Translations under genes and position numbers: made by a program
The notes under the pieces: model-generated
What the model was told of the DNA's origin: nothing
Database searches by the model: none
Seen by the model: only the letters and a program-made list of their open reading frames with translations
Source: Patescibacteria group bacterium
GTDB taxonomy: Bacteria; Patescibacteriota; Minisyncoccia; Phycocordibacterales; Phycocordibacteraceae
Direction of reading: 5' to 3'
DNA length: 64,000 bases
NCBI GenBank assembly: GCA_029260935.1
Contig: JAJDCJ010000008.1
Span: 3,905 to 67,904, forward strand
Part shown: in pieces, positions 17,775 through 27,003 of the stretch
How positions within the stretch are numbered: the stretch's first letter is position 1
How the letters are laid out: the number at the start of each line of letters is the position of its first letter

Positions 17775-19460
17775 ATGAGTTTAGCCGAAGACTTAAAAAA
17801 AGTAGTAAAAGGAGACGTGGTAAATGACGACGCAACACTTGAAACGTATAGCCGTGACGCCAGTTTACTTTTCATGCGACCTGAGATAGTGGTGCGTCCC
17901 ACGGGTGTTGAGGATCTTCAAGCCCTCGTTCGTTTTGTTGCAAAAGAAAAGAAGAAGGGGAGCGATATTTCACTCACGCCGCGCTCGGCGGGAACTGACA
18001 TGGGCGGTGGCCCACTCACCACATCAATTGTGGTTGATATGCTGCCACATTTCAACAGTATTATTGACGTGTCTGAAAAAGAGGATAGGGAACATAACAG
18101 GGCAGGATACGCCGTGGTTGAACCAGGTGTGTTTTATAGAGACTTTGACGCAGAAACGCAAAAAAAAGGTCTTGAACTTCCTTCCTACACCGCCTCACGT
18201 GACCTCAATACTGTGGGTGGTATGGCAAGCAACGACTCGGGGGGTGAGAAAAGTTTGAAATACGGAAAGACATCACAGTACGTTGAAGAGCTTGAAATGG
18301 TGCTCTCGGACGGGGAAGTACACACATTCAAAGCACTCTCAGGGAGCGAACTACAAATAAAACTACAAGAAGATTCTTTTGAAGGGGAAATCTACCGCGC
18401 TATTTCTACTATTGTTGCCGAAAACCGTGACACTATAGAGCATGCAAAACCGCATGTGCAGAAAAACTCATCTGGCTATGCACTGTGGGATATTGGCGAC
18501 GGCGTGTCGGCACTTAATATAGCGCGCCTTGTAGTGGGCTCGCAAGGTACGTTCGGCATCATCACAAAAATAAAATTTTCACTCGTGCGTCCAAAGAAAT
18601 TCTCTTCAATGGCAGTTGTGTTTGTAAACTCTATTGAGGAGTTAGGCGCCCTCATTCCCCGTATACTTTCCCATAAACCTGACAGTTTTGAATCCTATGA
18701 CGACAACACCTTTAAACTGGCGGCACGGTATTTTCCAGAGTTTGCTTTACAAATGAAAACAAATTTGCTCGGTCTTGGACTCGCTTTCCTCCCTGAAGTA
18801 TGGCGGCTCGTAACTTCAGGTGTGCCAAAAATTGTCCTCCTTGTTGAGTTTCAGGAAAATAAACAAGAGGAGTCTTTCAAGAAAGCTCGTGCACTTATTG
18901 AAGATCTTAAACAAAATGAAAGTTCACGTGACATAGGGCTTTTCTTGGCAAAAAATGAAAAAGAAGGAAGGAAATACTGGACTATACGACATGAGAGTTT
19001 TAATTTACTGAGGAAAAAAGTAAGAGGTAAAAGAACAGCACCATTTATTGAAGACTTTGTTGTGGTGCCCGCCGTACTCCCTGAGTTTCTGCCAAAATTA
19101 AATGCAATTCTAAATGAGTATGACCTGACCTATACTATCGCCGGCCATGTGGGCGACGGGAATTTCCATATTATTCCGCTTATTGACCCCATGCGCCCTG
19201 ACGGCGTACAGTTGGTCCGGGAGCTTTCAGAGCGTGTCTATGATCTTATTCTAAAATATGATGGCTCTATTACAGGAGAGCATAATGATGGTTTTATCCG
19301 CACTCCATACATTGAGCGCATGTTTGGAAAAGACATGACCGCACTGTTTGAACAGGCAGAAGCGTCCTTTGATCCGTTGGATATTTTTAACCCAAACAAA
19401 AAAGTTATTCGCGGTGATATTGATCCTCTTGATTATTTAGATCTCAATCCACAAAAATAA
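17775..19460 (+). CDS. FAD-linked oxidase (GlcD/D-lactate dehydrogenase-like FAD-binding oxidoreductase)
   Basis: PCMH-type FAD-binding N-terminal domain 'VRPTGVEDLQALVRFV...RSAGTDMGGGPL', with an FAD-oxidase C-terminal domain. Confidence 0.75.
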   Translation: MSLAEDLKKVVKGDVVNDDATLETYSRDASLLFMRPEIVVRPTGVEDLQALVRFVAKEKKKGSDISLTPRSAGTDMGGGPLTTSIVVDMLPHFNSIIDVSEKEDREHNRAGYAVVEPGVFYRDFDAETQKKGLELPSYTASRDLNTVGGMASNDSGGEKSLKYGKTSQYVEELEMVLSDGEVHTFKALSGSELQIKLQEDSFEGEIYRAISTIVAENRDTIEHAKPHVQKNSSGYALWDIGDGVSALNIARLVVGSQGTFGIITKIKFSLVRPKKFSSMAVVFVNSIEELGALIPRILSHKPDSFESYDDNTFKLAARYFPEFALQMKTNLLGLGLAFLPEVWRLVTSGVPKIVLLVEFQENKQEESFKKARALIEDLKQNESSRDIGLFLAKNEKEGRKYWTIRHESFNLLRKKVRGKRTAPFIEDFVVVPAVLPEFLPKLNAILNEYDLTYTIAGHVGDGNFHIIPLIDPMRPDGVQLVRELSERVYDLILKYDGSITGEHNDGFIRTPYIERMFGKDMTALFEQAEASFDPLDIFNPNKKVIRGDIDPLDYLDLNPQK

Positions 19461-19523
19461 ATTTTATGAAAAAATCGCTGAACCGTTGATTTTCTAGCGA
19501 TCTTCTTATATACTCCTGTGACT

Positions 19524-20201
19524 ATGGAATTATCAGCACAAAAACGCAGTGTGACCGGCAAAGGTGTGCGTGCGCTCAGGCAGGAGGGTAAAATGCCTGC
19601 TGTTATATATGGTACAAAAGAGGAAACCCTCTCAATTCAGGTTGACTCTAAAGATTTTACCAAGGTGCTCAAAGAGGCAGGAGAGTCGTCAGTGATTACA
19701 CTTTCAATTGAGGGCACCAATAAAGATGTCCTTATTCACGACGTTGACCGTGACCCCGTGACCGACATTCCTCGCCATGCTGATTTTTATGCAGTCCAGA
19801 AAGGTCAGAAAGTTGAGGTGTCTGTTCCACTTGAGTTTGTGGGTGAGGCACCTGCAGTTAAAGAACTCGGCGCAAACCTTATAAAGGTGGTGCATGAAAT
19901 TGAGATAGAAGCAGAGGCGGTACACCTCCCTCATCAGCTTGAAGTTGACGTGTCCACGCTGGTCGCACTTGATAGTCACATTACCGCAAAAGAGATTACT
20001 CTCCCTGTTGGTGTTACATTAATTACCGACCCGGAAGAGACCATCGTAAACATTGCAATGCCTGAGGAAGAGAAAGAAGAAGAGGTACCAGAGGGGCCTG
20101 ATATGGAAGCGATTGGAATTTCCGAAGACCGAGGCAAAAAAGATGGTGACACTCCCCTTGAAGGGGAAGCAAAACCTGAGGGGGACACAGACAAAAACTA
20201 A
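19524..20201 (+). CDS. rplY: 50S ribosomal protein L25 / general stress protein Ctc. The track ORF starts at the GTG at 19518; the ATG at 19524 is the likely start.
   Basis: 'SAQKRSVTGKGVRALRQEGKMPAVIYG' L25 N-terminus, with an acidic C-terminal extension. Confidence 0.85.
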   Translation: MELSAQKRSVTGKGVRALRQEGKMPAVIYGTKEETLSIQVDSKDFTKVLKEAGESSVITLSIEGTNKDVLIHDVDRDPVTDIPRHADFYAVQKGQKVEVSVPLEFVGEAPAVKELGANLIKVVHEIEIEAEAVHLPHQLEVDVSTLVALDSHITAKEITLPVGVTLITDPEETIVNIAMPEEEKEEEVPEGPDMEAIGISEDRGKKDGDTPLEGEAKPEGDTDKN

Positions 20202-20361
20202 CAATACCCCCGCCACTGTCCTAGGACTTCCTAGGACACCTACACATTACAGTGTGAAAAAACCGCGCCATGAGGCGCGTTTTTCTGTTTATACACCTCT
20301 CATGTTTTATGCAAGGCGCCCGTTGATATAATGGAGCTGTTACCAAATAACCATATATACT

Positions 20362-20751
20362 ATGGACCTTACTATATTCTTAGCACAATTGTTCGGTATC
20401 TATTCAATTATCGGTGGTCTGGCAGTCATTGCACGCCGTCGCTACTTTATACCAGTGATTGGTGGATTTGCAGAAGAGCGTCTTACGCGTCTGTTTGTTG
20501 CAATTTTAGAACTCCTCGCGGGTCTTGCAATAGTTCTTTCTCATAACGTATGGAGCACCCTTCCTGAAAGTATTATTTCGCTTTTTGGATGGGGGCTCGC
20601 GCTTGAGGGAACCTTCTATCTACTTGCCTCAGATGAGCTGGTTGAGAGTCTGTTCAGGAAACTCAACACGCAACTCTGGTACACCGCAGGGGGGTTACTC
20701 TCCATCATCATTGGTCTTTATCTAACGGCGGTTGGTTTTAGTTTTATTTAA
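20362..20751 (+). CDS. Small multi-pass membrane protein, paralogous to 53795-54181
   Basis: 129 aa, four hydrophobic segments. Clear similarity across its full length to the 128-aa ORF at 53795. Confidence 0.6.
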   Translation: MDLTIFLAQLFGIYSIIGGLAVIARRRYFIPVIGGFAEERLTRLFVAILELLAGLAIVLSHNVWSTLPESIISLFGWGLALEGTFYLLASDELVESLFRKLNTQLWYTAGGLLSIIIGLYLTAVGFSFI

Positions 20752-20788
20752 AACCTCTCGGCTGTTTCAATTGGTATACTACTAAGGC

Positions 20789-22162
20789 ATGAAGCTTTTT
20801 GTAGTAGCTATTCTTTCATTCATATTTTTCGCACCGAACGTTACCTTTGCGGTAGGTGAGGGTGATGTTGCTGCGCGAAGAGCACAGCTTGAGCGCGACT
20901 TAGCAACACTTGAAAGCGAAATCGCAAACCAGAGCGTTTTTCTTGATGAAAAACGAACGGAGCGTGTTTCCTTAGAACGTGATATTGCTATTTTAGACGC
21001 TCAAATTGAGCGCGCGCGCCTTTCAATTCGCGCGCGTGATTTAGGTATTCAAGGCCTCACTTCCGACATTGGTAATAAGTCAAAAACTATTACGTCGCTT
21101 GACGAAAAACTTGCTCGTGAAAAAAACTCTCTTGCTAACATTTTGCGAAAAACAAATGAAATAGATGGCCACACATTCGTTGAATTTATTCTTGCCTCAA
21201 AGGACATTTCTGACTTTTTTTCCGATATTGATGCGTTTACCGCAATTAAAGTATCCCTTCGTAAATCATTTATAGAAATAGATGACACCAAAGCTACGAC
21301 TGCAGACGAGCGAGGTGCACTTGAAGTGAGGCGTACGGACCAGCGAGAACTGCGCACGTTACAAGTTTTGGAAAAACAACAGATTGAAGTGCAGGAGAGA
21401 AAACGTGCAGAAATTTTACGAGTTACTAAGGGGCAAGAAGACGTCTACCAGGAAATTATCAATACTATAGAAAAAAGTGCCGCTGAAATTCGCTCGGAAC
21501 TCTTTACTCTGCGCGACAGTGCCGCCATACCTTTTGGTGAAGCGTTGGCGCTTGCCAACCAGGCTTCCCAAGAAACGGGCGTGCGCCCTGCGCTTATTTT
21601 AGGAGTCCTCAAGCAGGAGACACGTCTTGGTGAGTTTTTGGGTACGGGAACGTATATAAATGACATGCACCCAACACGTGACGTCCCGGTCTTTTTAAAG
21701 ATTACCAAAGTGCTCGGACTTGATCCACGCCAGATGCCTGTTTCAAGACAGCCCAGTTATGGATGGGGCGGCGCCATGGGTCCGGCACAATTTATTCCCT
21801 CAACGTGGGCGTGTTTTGGTGGTTTTGTAAATGCAAGTACGGGGAAATGTGGAAAGGGAACTGACGGCACCTATGCAGGTCCATGGGAGTATGAACCAAA
21901 AAAAGATAGGATTCGCCAGTTGCTCGGCAAGAGTACTCCGGGTAATCCATGGGAAAATCAGGATGCCTTCATGGCGAGCGCTCTTCTGCTTAAAGATAAC
22001 GGCGCTGGCCGTGGCACATTTGCCTCAGAACGTTTGGCGGCACTCCGCTATTTTGCCGGATGGGGCAATGCCAGCAAACCTGCGTTTGCCTTCTATGGTG
22101 ACGGTGTTATGGAACATGCCACATTCTTCCAGAAACAAATTAATATCCTCGGCGGATCGTAA
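20789..22162 (+). CDS. Secreted lytic murein transglycosylase (MltB/Slt-like) with an N-terminal coiled-coil region
   Basis: Signal peptide, long coiled coil, C-terminal 'GAMGPAQFIPSTW' lytic transglycosylase motif. Confidence 0.7.
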   Translation: MKLFVVAILSFIFFAPNVTFAVGEGDVAARRAQLERDLATLESEIANQSVFLDEKRTERVSLERDIAILDAQIERARLSIRARDLGIQGLTSDIGNKSKTITSLDEKLAREKNSLANILRKTNEIDGHTFVEFILASKDISDFFSDIDAFTAIKVSLRKSFIEIDDTKATTADERGALEVRRTDQRELRTLQVLEKQQIEVQERKRAEILRVTKGQEDVYQEIINTIEKSAAEIRSELFTLRDSAAIPFGEALALANQASQETGVRPALILGVLKQETRLGEFLGTGTYINDMHPTRDVPVFLKITKVLGLDPRQMPVSRQPSYGWGGAMGPAQFIPSTWACFGGFVNASTGKCGKGTDGTYAGPWEYEPKKDRIRQLLGKSTPGNPWENQDAFMASALLLKDNGAGRGTFASERLAALRYFAGWGNASKPAFAFYGDGVMEHATFFQKQINILGGS

Positions 22163-22368
22163 TCGCTCACATGAACGAATCAGAACCGCGTATCCAGTCG
22201 TTGGCAAAAGAAAAGAAACGGCATTTCTGTAATGAATGTGATTCACACTGCAACTGGGTTATATGCAAGTGCCTCACACGTAATATTAATCGACACAAAA
22301 TACAAGATTTTTATAAATGCCCATGCCGCGGGTGCGAGAGGCACTAAGAGACACCCCACCTTCTGCCC

Positions 22369-22403
22369 CCCCCATTACGGAAGTCTGACTTCCGTAATGG
22401 GGG
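22369..22403. repeat. REP2 palindromic element (cccccATTACGGAAGTCtGACTTCCGTAATggggg)
   Basis: Perfect 35-nt palindrome, one of 4 copies in the window. Confidence 0.8.
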
Positions 22404-22414
22404 CAAGAACCAAT

Positions 22415-22437
22415 ATATGGACGTCCGACGTCCATAT
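22415..22437. repeat. REP-A palindromic element (atatgGACGTCCGACGTCcatat), 12 nt downstream of a REP2 copy
   Basis: Perfect palindrome with the same core. Confidence 0.8.
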
Positions 22438-22601
22438 TAATCACTATTCGTCATTTGACACCTCACCAAAACATCCCATAGCGACTTCGTAAGTCACTAT
22501 ACACAAGAAAAGAGGAGATGGATGGTAGTAAATGATAGAGAAATGGTTTTAACTCAGCTCAAGATTGCATTTTTTGTTGATTTTGTTATAGTGCTCTTTA
22601 T

Positions 22602-22856
22602 ATGAAAAAAGGGATTCATCCGGACAATTACCGACAGGTGATTTTTGAAGACCAGGGCTCTGGTACGCGCTTTCTCATTGGCTCAACAGTGGTAACCGAA
22701 AAAACAGCGAAGTGGGATGACGGCACAGAGTATCCACTCTACGTGGTTGAAATTAGCTCAGCGTCACACCCTTTCTATACGGGTGTAAAGACCACTATTG
22801 ATAGGGCTGGTCGCGTTGAGAAATTTAAAAACCGCGCTTTAAAAGCAAAAAAATAA
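22602..22856 (+). CDS. rpmE: 50S ribosomal protein L31
   Basis: '[24 protein letters not shown]...HPFYTGV'. Confidence 0.9.
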   Translation: MKKGIHPDNYRQVIFEDQGSGTRFLIGSTVVTEKTAKWDDGTEYPLYVVEISSASHPFYTGVKTTIDRAGRVEKFKNRALKAKK

Positions 22857-23211
22857 AGCTATGACACAAGAAAACGGAGACGAAAACACATCACTAAAAT
22901 CTCCTGAAGAACTACATCCAGCCCGTGTCCTTTTAATTGCAATTTTGGCAGTCAGCACACTCGGACTTGGTCTTGACACCATCGGCGAAGTGGATTTTGA
23001 GCCAGACCTCTTCGGTCTGTTGAAATAATATGTCTGACTGGCATTCTTTTAAAGAAGAAACTGACTGGGTAGATGATGTTCTAGACACCTTTATAGCTCG
23101 CATCCCTGCCTTTCTTGCAATCACCATTGCATATATCGGTGGTGGTTTCGCTCTTTTGTGTTTCACCCAAGAAGTTATCACTCAGAAATAAAAGAGTTAC
23201 AATAAAAAGCA

Positions 23212-24189
23212 GTGGTTACACTGCTTTTTCTAATGGAGTATATGGAAGAAAAACAACTACAGGAATATAAAGACAATCCAAAGACGGCATTTTTTGCGAG
23301 CGAATACGTACGGGTGCAAAAAGAGCTTGTACGTATTGACGCAATGATTGACAACGACGAGTCTATGCGTGAATTGGCAGAGGAAGAAAGAGACGTGCTT
23401 CAAGTTCAGTTGGACGGGCTCACAGAAAATATGACCGCAATCGTCAAGGAAACAGCTGTTGAAGAGTCAGTCCCCATTGCCGTTATTATGGAAATACGCG
23501 CTGGTGCAGGAGGGGACGAGGCACACATCTTTGCCCATGACCTCCTGACCATGTATGAACGGTTTGCAGAAAAAAATAAATGGGAAGTAAAGCCCATTAA
23601 TGATCTTTCAGTTGAAATAAAAGGAAAGGATGTCTATCAGTCACTTGCATACGAAACTGGTGTTCACAGAGTACAGCGTATTCCAGAAACTGAAAAATCA
23701 GGACGCGTACACACGTCAACCGCCTCCGTTGCCATACTCCCTATTCGCAAGAAAGCAACCATTGAACTCAAGTCCGACGATATCCAAATGGAATTTTCCC
23801 GCTCAGGTGGTGCCGGTGGCCAAAACGTTAATAAGGTGGAAACTGCGGTGCGTGTGGTGCACCTTCCTACCGGTATTGAAGTGCGTAGTGAAGCGGCTCG
23901 AAGTCAGCAAGCAAACCGTGAAAAAGCTCTGCAAATTTTGGAGGCAAAAGTAGAAGCGTTTGTTGAAGAGGAGGCAGCTAAAAAACACGCAGAGGTAAGG
24001 CGGAATCAGATTGGCACAGGGGATAGGAGTGAGAAAATACGTACTTACAACTTCCTCCAGGACAGGGTCACTGATCATCGTATAAAAAAGAACTGGCACA
24101 ATATAGAGGGTATTATGGCAGGTGAAATAGACACCATGCTTAGTGATCTTCACAATGAGGCACAGGCGCTCAAGATGGACAATACTTAA
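23212..24189 (+). CDS. prfA: Peptide chain release factor 1. The start may be one of the downstream in-frame ATGs at 23233 or 23242.
   Basis: GGQ motif '[28 protein letters not shown]'. '[20 protein letters not shown]' C-terminal motif. Confidence 0.85.
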   Translation: MVTLLFLMEYMEEKQLQEYKDNPKTAFFASEYVRVQKELVRIDAMIDNDESMRELAEEERDVLQVQLDGLTENMTAIVKETAVEESVPIAVIMEIRAGAGGDEAHIFAHDLLTMYERFAEKNKWEVKPINDLSVEIKGKDVYQSLAYETGVHRVQRIPETEKSGRVHTSTASVAILPIRKKATIELKSDDIQMEFSRSGGAGGQNVNKVETAVRVVHLPTGIEVRSEAARSQQANREKALQILEAKVEAFVEEEAAKKHAEVRRNQIGTGDRSEKIRTYNFLQDRVTDHRIKKNWHNIEGIMAGEIDTMLSDLHNEAQALKMDNT

Positions 24190-24198
24190 TGACCCTCT

Positions 24199-24270
24199 AA
24201 CCCTCAATCTAACCCTCAATCTTTATTATCAGGGTATTTATCTCTACTGAAGGTACCCAACCCTCAATCT
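24199..24270. repeat. Three copies of the 12-mer AACCCTCAATCT, two tandem and one 37 nt downstream, between prfA and RAYT2
   Basis: Direct repeats at 24199-24210, 24211-24222 and 24259-24270. Confidence 0.6.
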
Positions 24271-24287
24271 CTACCTCAGTACTCTAT

Positions 24288-24335
24288 TTGTGCAACACTC
24301 GGTGTTGCACAAACCGAGTGTTGCACAAATTTGTT
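24288..24335. repeat. REP-B palindromic cluster 3' of RAYT2 (ttgtGCAACACTCGGTGTTGCacaa, then a second nested copy GTGTTGCACAAA + ccgagtg stem)
   Basis: 25-nt perfect palindrome followed by a direct repeat of GTGTTGCACAAA and a nested 7-bp stem. Confidence 0.7.
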
Positions 24336-24353
24336 GGCGTCAGTCTTAGAATT

Positions 24354-25007
24354 TTAGTCAATGACAAACGATTCCTTTGCAGGATTTGTTTGTACATATT
24401 CCTTATATGCTTTGGTGTCTTTAAATTGATCCAAGAGTATAGATGTGTCTATGAGCGGGTGAAGTCGAGTGTCTCCCAGGTAGTCGCGATAGCTGGACCA
24501 TGTAAAGGAGTGTTCTTTCCCTCGAACACCTGCAATTTCTCGAGGGTTTTTATGAATGTAGGCCGAGACATGTAGCAACTGCTCATTATTTTCTATATGC
24601 ACAGCTTTAAATGGCCCCTGAAAAAGATGGCCGACATGTTTGTATTTAGTGTTGAAGTACTTAGTATAAGCATTTAAAATACGTTGCATGTAACGCGAGA
24701 TGCCCCCATCTTCCCTCTCACCTACAAGCCAATGTATGTGATTAGGCATAAGTGCAAAGGTAAGTAGTGAAATATATCTTTTTTCTGTAATGACTTTGTA
24801 CGTGTCATCAATAACATTCCAATGTTTGTTAATTCTGAACGAAGTGGCGTGGCGAGAAATATTTTTAAAATCAATTGGAGAAACAAGATGTGTCATCAAA
24901 AATAGGAAGCGGAAGCGATCACTGTCGTCATAGAAAATATCCTGTTTGTTGTTGCCGCGAACCATCAGGTGGTAGTACTCTCCTGGTGCAAAATCAATAT
25001 TCCTCAT
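24354..25007 (-). CDS. Second REP-associated tyrosine transposase (RAYT; IS200/IS605 TnpA-like). The track ORF extends to 25055 through the 5' palindrome; the likely start is the ATG at 25007.
   Basis: HuH motif 'LMPNHIHWLVGE'. 'YYHLMVRGNNKQDIF' N-terminal block. C-terminal 'YIHKNP...WSSYRDY'. Flanked by REP-B palindromes on both sides. Confidence 0.75.
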   Translation of the reverse strand: MRNIDFAPGEYYHLMVRGNNKQDIFYDDSDRFRFLFLMTHLVSPIDFKNISRHATSFRINKHWNVIDDTYKVITEKRYISLLTFALMPNHIHWLVGEREDGGISRYMQRILNAYTKYFNTKYKHVGHLFQGPFKAVHIENNEQLLHVSAYIHKNPREIAGVRGKEHSFTWSSYRDYLGDTRLHPLIDTSILLDQFKDTKAYKEYVQTNPAKESFVID

Positions 25008-25026
25008 ATGTTTAATCCTACCATCG

Positions 25027-25059
25027 TAAAGTGTGCAACACTCGGTGTTGCACACTTTA
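25027..25059. repeat. REP-B palindromic element 5' of RAYT2 (taaagtGTGCAACACTCGGTGTTGCACacttta)
   Basis: Perfect 33-nt palindrome with the same core as 24288-24312. Confidence 0.8.
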
Positions 25060-25113
25060 CCTATATACAGTTGAGGTTTTGATTATGAGGGACGTTGCTT
25101 AAAACGGCTTGCT

Positions 25114-25860
25114 ATGGTACATTTTTCGGACATGTTGGATCAAAAGACAGACGAGAAAAAAAACGGCTTTGTGTCAGCTTTGTTTGAAGTGGGGGCGCAT
25201 TTTGGTTACTCACGCGCACGTCGCCATGCTTCAATGAAAGACGTCATTTTCGGCTCAAAAGGAAAGACCGATATTATTGACCTCAACCAGACGTCTCTCA
25301 TGCTTGAGGAGGCGTTGACATTTGTACGCGCACTTGGCGCATCTAAAAAGAAAATTCTTTTTGTTGGCGGTAAGCCTGAGATCCGCGACCTCGTGCGAGA
25401 AAATGCAGAAACACTCAATATGCACTATGTTGCCGGTCGCTGGATCGGAGGCACTCTCACTAATTTTTCTGAAATTAAAAAGCGTGTTGATCGTCACGCT
25501 GAACTTACTGTAGACCGTGAAGCAGGAACGCTGGCTAAAAAATATACAAAAAAGGAACGAGTATTACTGAACCGCGAAATTGCAAAATTAGAAACATTTT
25601 TCGGTGGGCTCTCAGGTATTGAACGTCTCCCTGATGCGCTCGTTGTCATTGATACACGCGCTGAAAATATTGCAGTGAGTGAGGCAAACAACCTCGGTAT
25701 TCCTGTAATCGGTTTACTCAACTCAGACGGTGACCGCTCACAAATATCACACCCGATAGTTGCAAACGATGCTTCCAGAAAGAGTGTGCTATTTTTCCTT
25801 ACGTCAATTGTTGGTGCATACCGCGAAGGTGCCGAAGGAGCTGTTGAGGCAACTACGTAG
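25114..25860 (+). CDS. rpsB: 30S ribosomal protein S2
   Basis: 'LFEVGAHFGYSRARRHASMKDVIFG' and 'LFVGGKPE' S2 motifs. Confidence 0.9.
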   Translation: MVHFSDMLDQKTDEKKNGFVSALFEVGAHFGYSRARRHASMKDVIFGSKGKTDIIDLNQTSLMLEEALTFVRALGASKKKILFVGGKPEIRDLVRENAETLNMHYVAGRWIGGTLTNFSEIKKRVDRHAELTVDREAGTLAKKYTKKERVLLNREIAKLETFFGGLSGIERLPDALVVIDTRAENIAVSEANNLGIPVIGLLNSDGDRSQISHPIVANDASRKSVLFFLTSIVGAYREGAEGAVEATT

Positions 25861-25874
25861 TGTAATAAAAAAAT

Positions 25875-26456
25875 ATGAGTTCAACTGATGATGTAAAACA
25901 ACTTCGTGATGCTACTGGTATTTCTGTAATGCAGTGTAAAAACGCCCTTGAAGAGGCAGGTGGTGATATTGATAAGGCGCTCCTTATCTTAAAAAAGAAG
26001 GGGAGTGCCATTGCCGAAAAGAAGTCAGGCAGGGACCTCAACGCAGGCACGGTGGCGTCTTACATTCACTCAACCAAAGAAATTGCTTCAATGGTTCTTC
26101 TGCAGTCAGAAACTGACTTTGTCTCAAAAAATGAAGAGTTCATGGGTCTTGCCTACGACATTGCTATGCATGTTGCTGCCACCAACCCTGAGTATATAAG
26201 ACGTGAAGATATTGACGAGGCAAAAATGAATGACATCAAGGGTCTTTTTGAAAAAGAAGTTGCAGATAAACCTGAAAACCTTAGAGACAAAATTCTTTCA
26301 GGTAAAGTTGATGCGTATCTAAAAAATATTGTCCTTCTTGAGCAGGATTTTATCAAAGATCCTGAAAAGAAAATTAAAGATCTTCTTGATGGAGCTGCGC
26401 AGAAGTTTGGTGAACGCGTTGAAGTTGGTCGTTTTACGCGCTTTTCGGTACGCTAG
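25875..26456 (+). CDS. tsf: Elongation factor Ts (short form)
   Basis: 'VKQLRDATGISVMQCKNALEEAGGDIDKALLILKKKG' UBA-like N-terminus. 'ASYIHSTKEIASMVLLQSETDFVSKNEEF'. Confidence 0.9.
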   Translation: MSSTDDVKQLRDATGISVMQCKNALEEAGGDIDKALLILKKKGSAIAEKKSGRDLNAGTVASYIHSTKEIASMVLLQSETDFVSKNEEFMGLAYDIAMHVAATNPEYIRREDIDEAKMNDIKGLFEKEVADKPENLRDKILSGKVDAYLKNIVLLEQDFIKDPEKKIKDLLDGAAQKFGERVEVGRFTRFSVR

Positions 26457-26459
26457 ATT

Positions 26460-26882
26460 ATGGCACTGGGTTTTATACCGTTTGTGGTGGGACTCCTAGG
26501 GCTCGTAGCATACCTCGTGTTTCGTTATATTGAAATACAAAAAGAGATACGTCTGTTTGAAAAAGAACGTACTCGTTTAGACAGTTTTTCAAACCACCTC
26601 TATCGTCTTTTTGTTTTCGGAGACATACCGGTTTCATATCGCATAGCGCTCATTGAGCGAGGAAGGAAGTTTCTTCATGGAATTATTGTAGTGCTCGTGT
26701 CGCGTGTTCGCTCACTGGAACGTATACTTTCTCGCATCAATCACCGTATGCGTGTCACCCATAAAAAAGAGACAGAACTTCGCGACCCTTCGGTTTTTCT
26801 TAAAACAATATCCGAGAGTAAAGAGAAAGAAAAAGTGGAAGGTGAAAAAGGGGATGGCAAAAACACCCCAAGTTCGGTATAG
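26460..26882 (+). CDS. Hypothetical membrane protein
   Basis: 140-aa ORF with an N-terminal TM helix. No recognised domain. Confidence 0.45.
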   Translation: MALGFIPFVVGLLGLVAYLVFRYIEIQKEIRLFEKERTRLDSFSNHLYRLFVFGDIPVSYRIALIERGRKFLHGIIVVLVSRVRSLERILSRINHRMRVTHKKETELRDPSVFLKTISESKEKEKVEGEKGDGKNTPSSV

Positions 26883-26905
26883 TCCATAGTATTCGTCCTT
26901 TGAGA

Positions 26906-26978
26906 GCCGTCTTAGCTCAGTTGGTAGAGCAACGGTTTTGTAAACCGTAGGTCCCCGGTTCAAGCCCGGGAGACGGCT
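26906..26978 (+). tRNA. tRNA-Thr (anticodon UGU); CCA not encoded
   Basis: Cloverleaf folded by hand: acceptor GCCGTCT/AGACGGC, D-arm GCTC/GAGC, anticodon stem ACGGT/ACCGT with loop TTTGTAA, T-arm CCCGG-TTCAAGC-CCGGG. Confidence 0.85.
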
Positions 26979-27003
26979 CTCACAGGAGGAAAACACCCAC
27001 TCT

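Noticed and set aside
22232-22492. 86-aa ORF in the intergenic region between the lytic transglycosylase gene and rpmE
   Set aside because: It reads straight through the REP2 and REP-A palindromes (PPHYGSLTSVMGARTNIWTSDVHIN), so the ORF is an artefact of repeat sequence.
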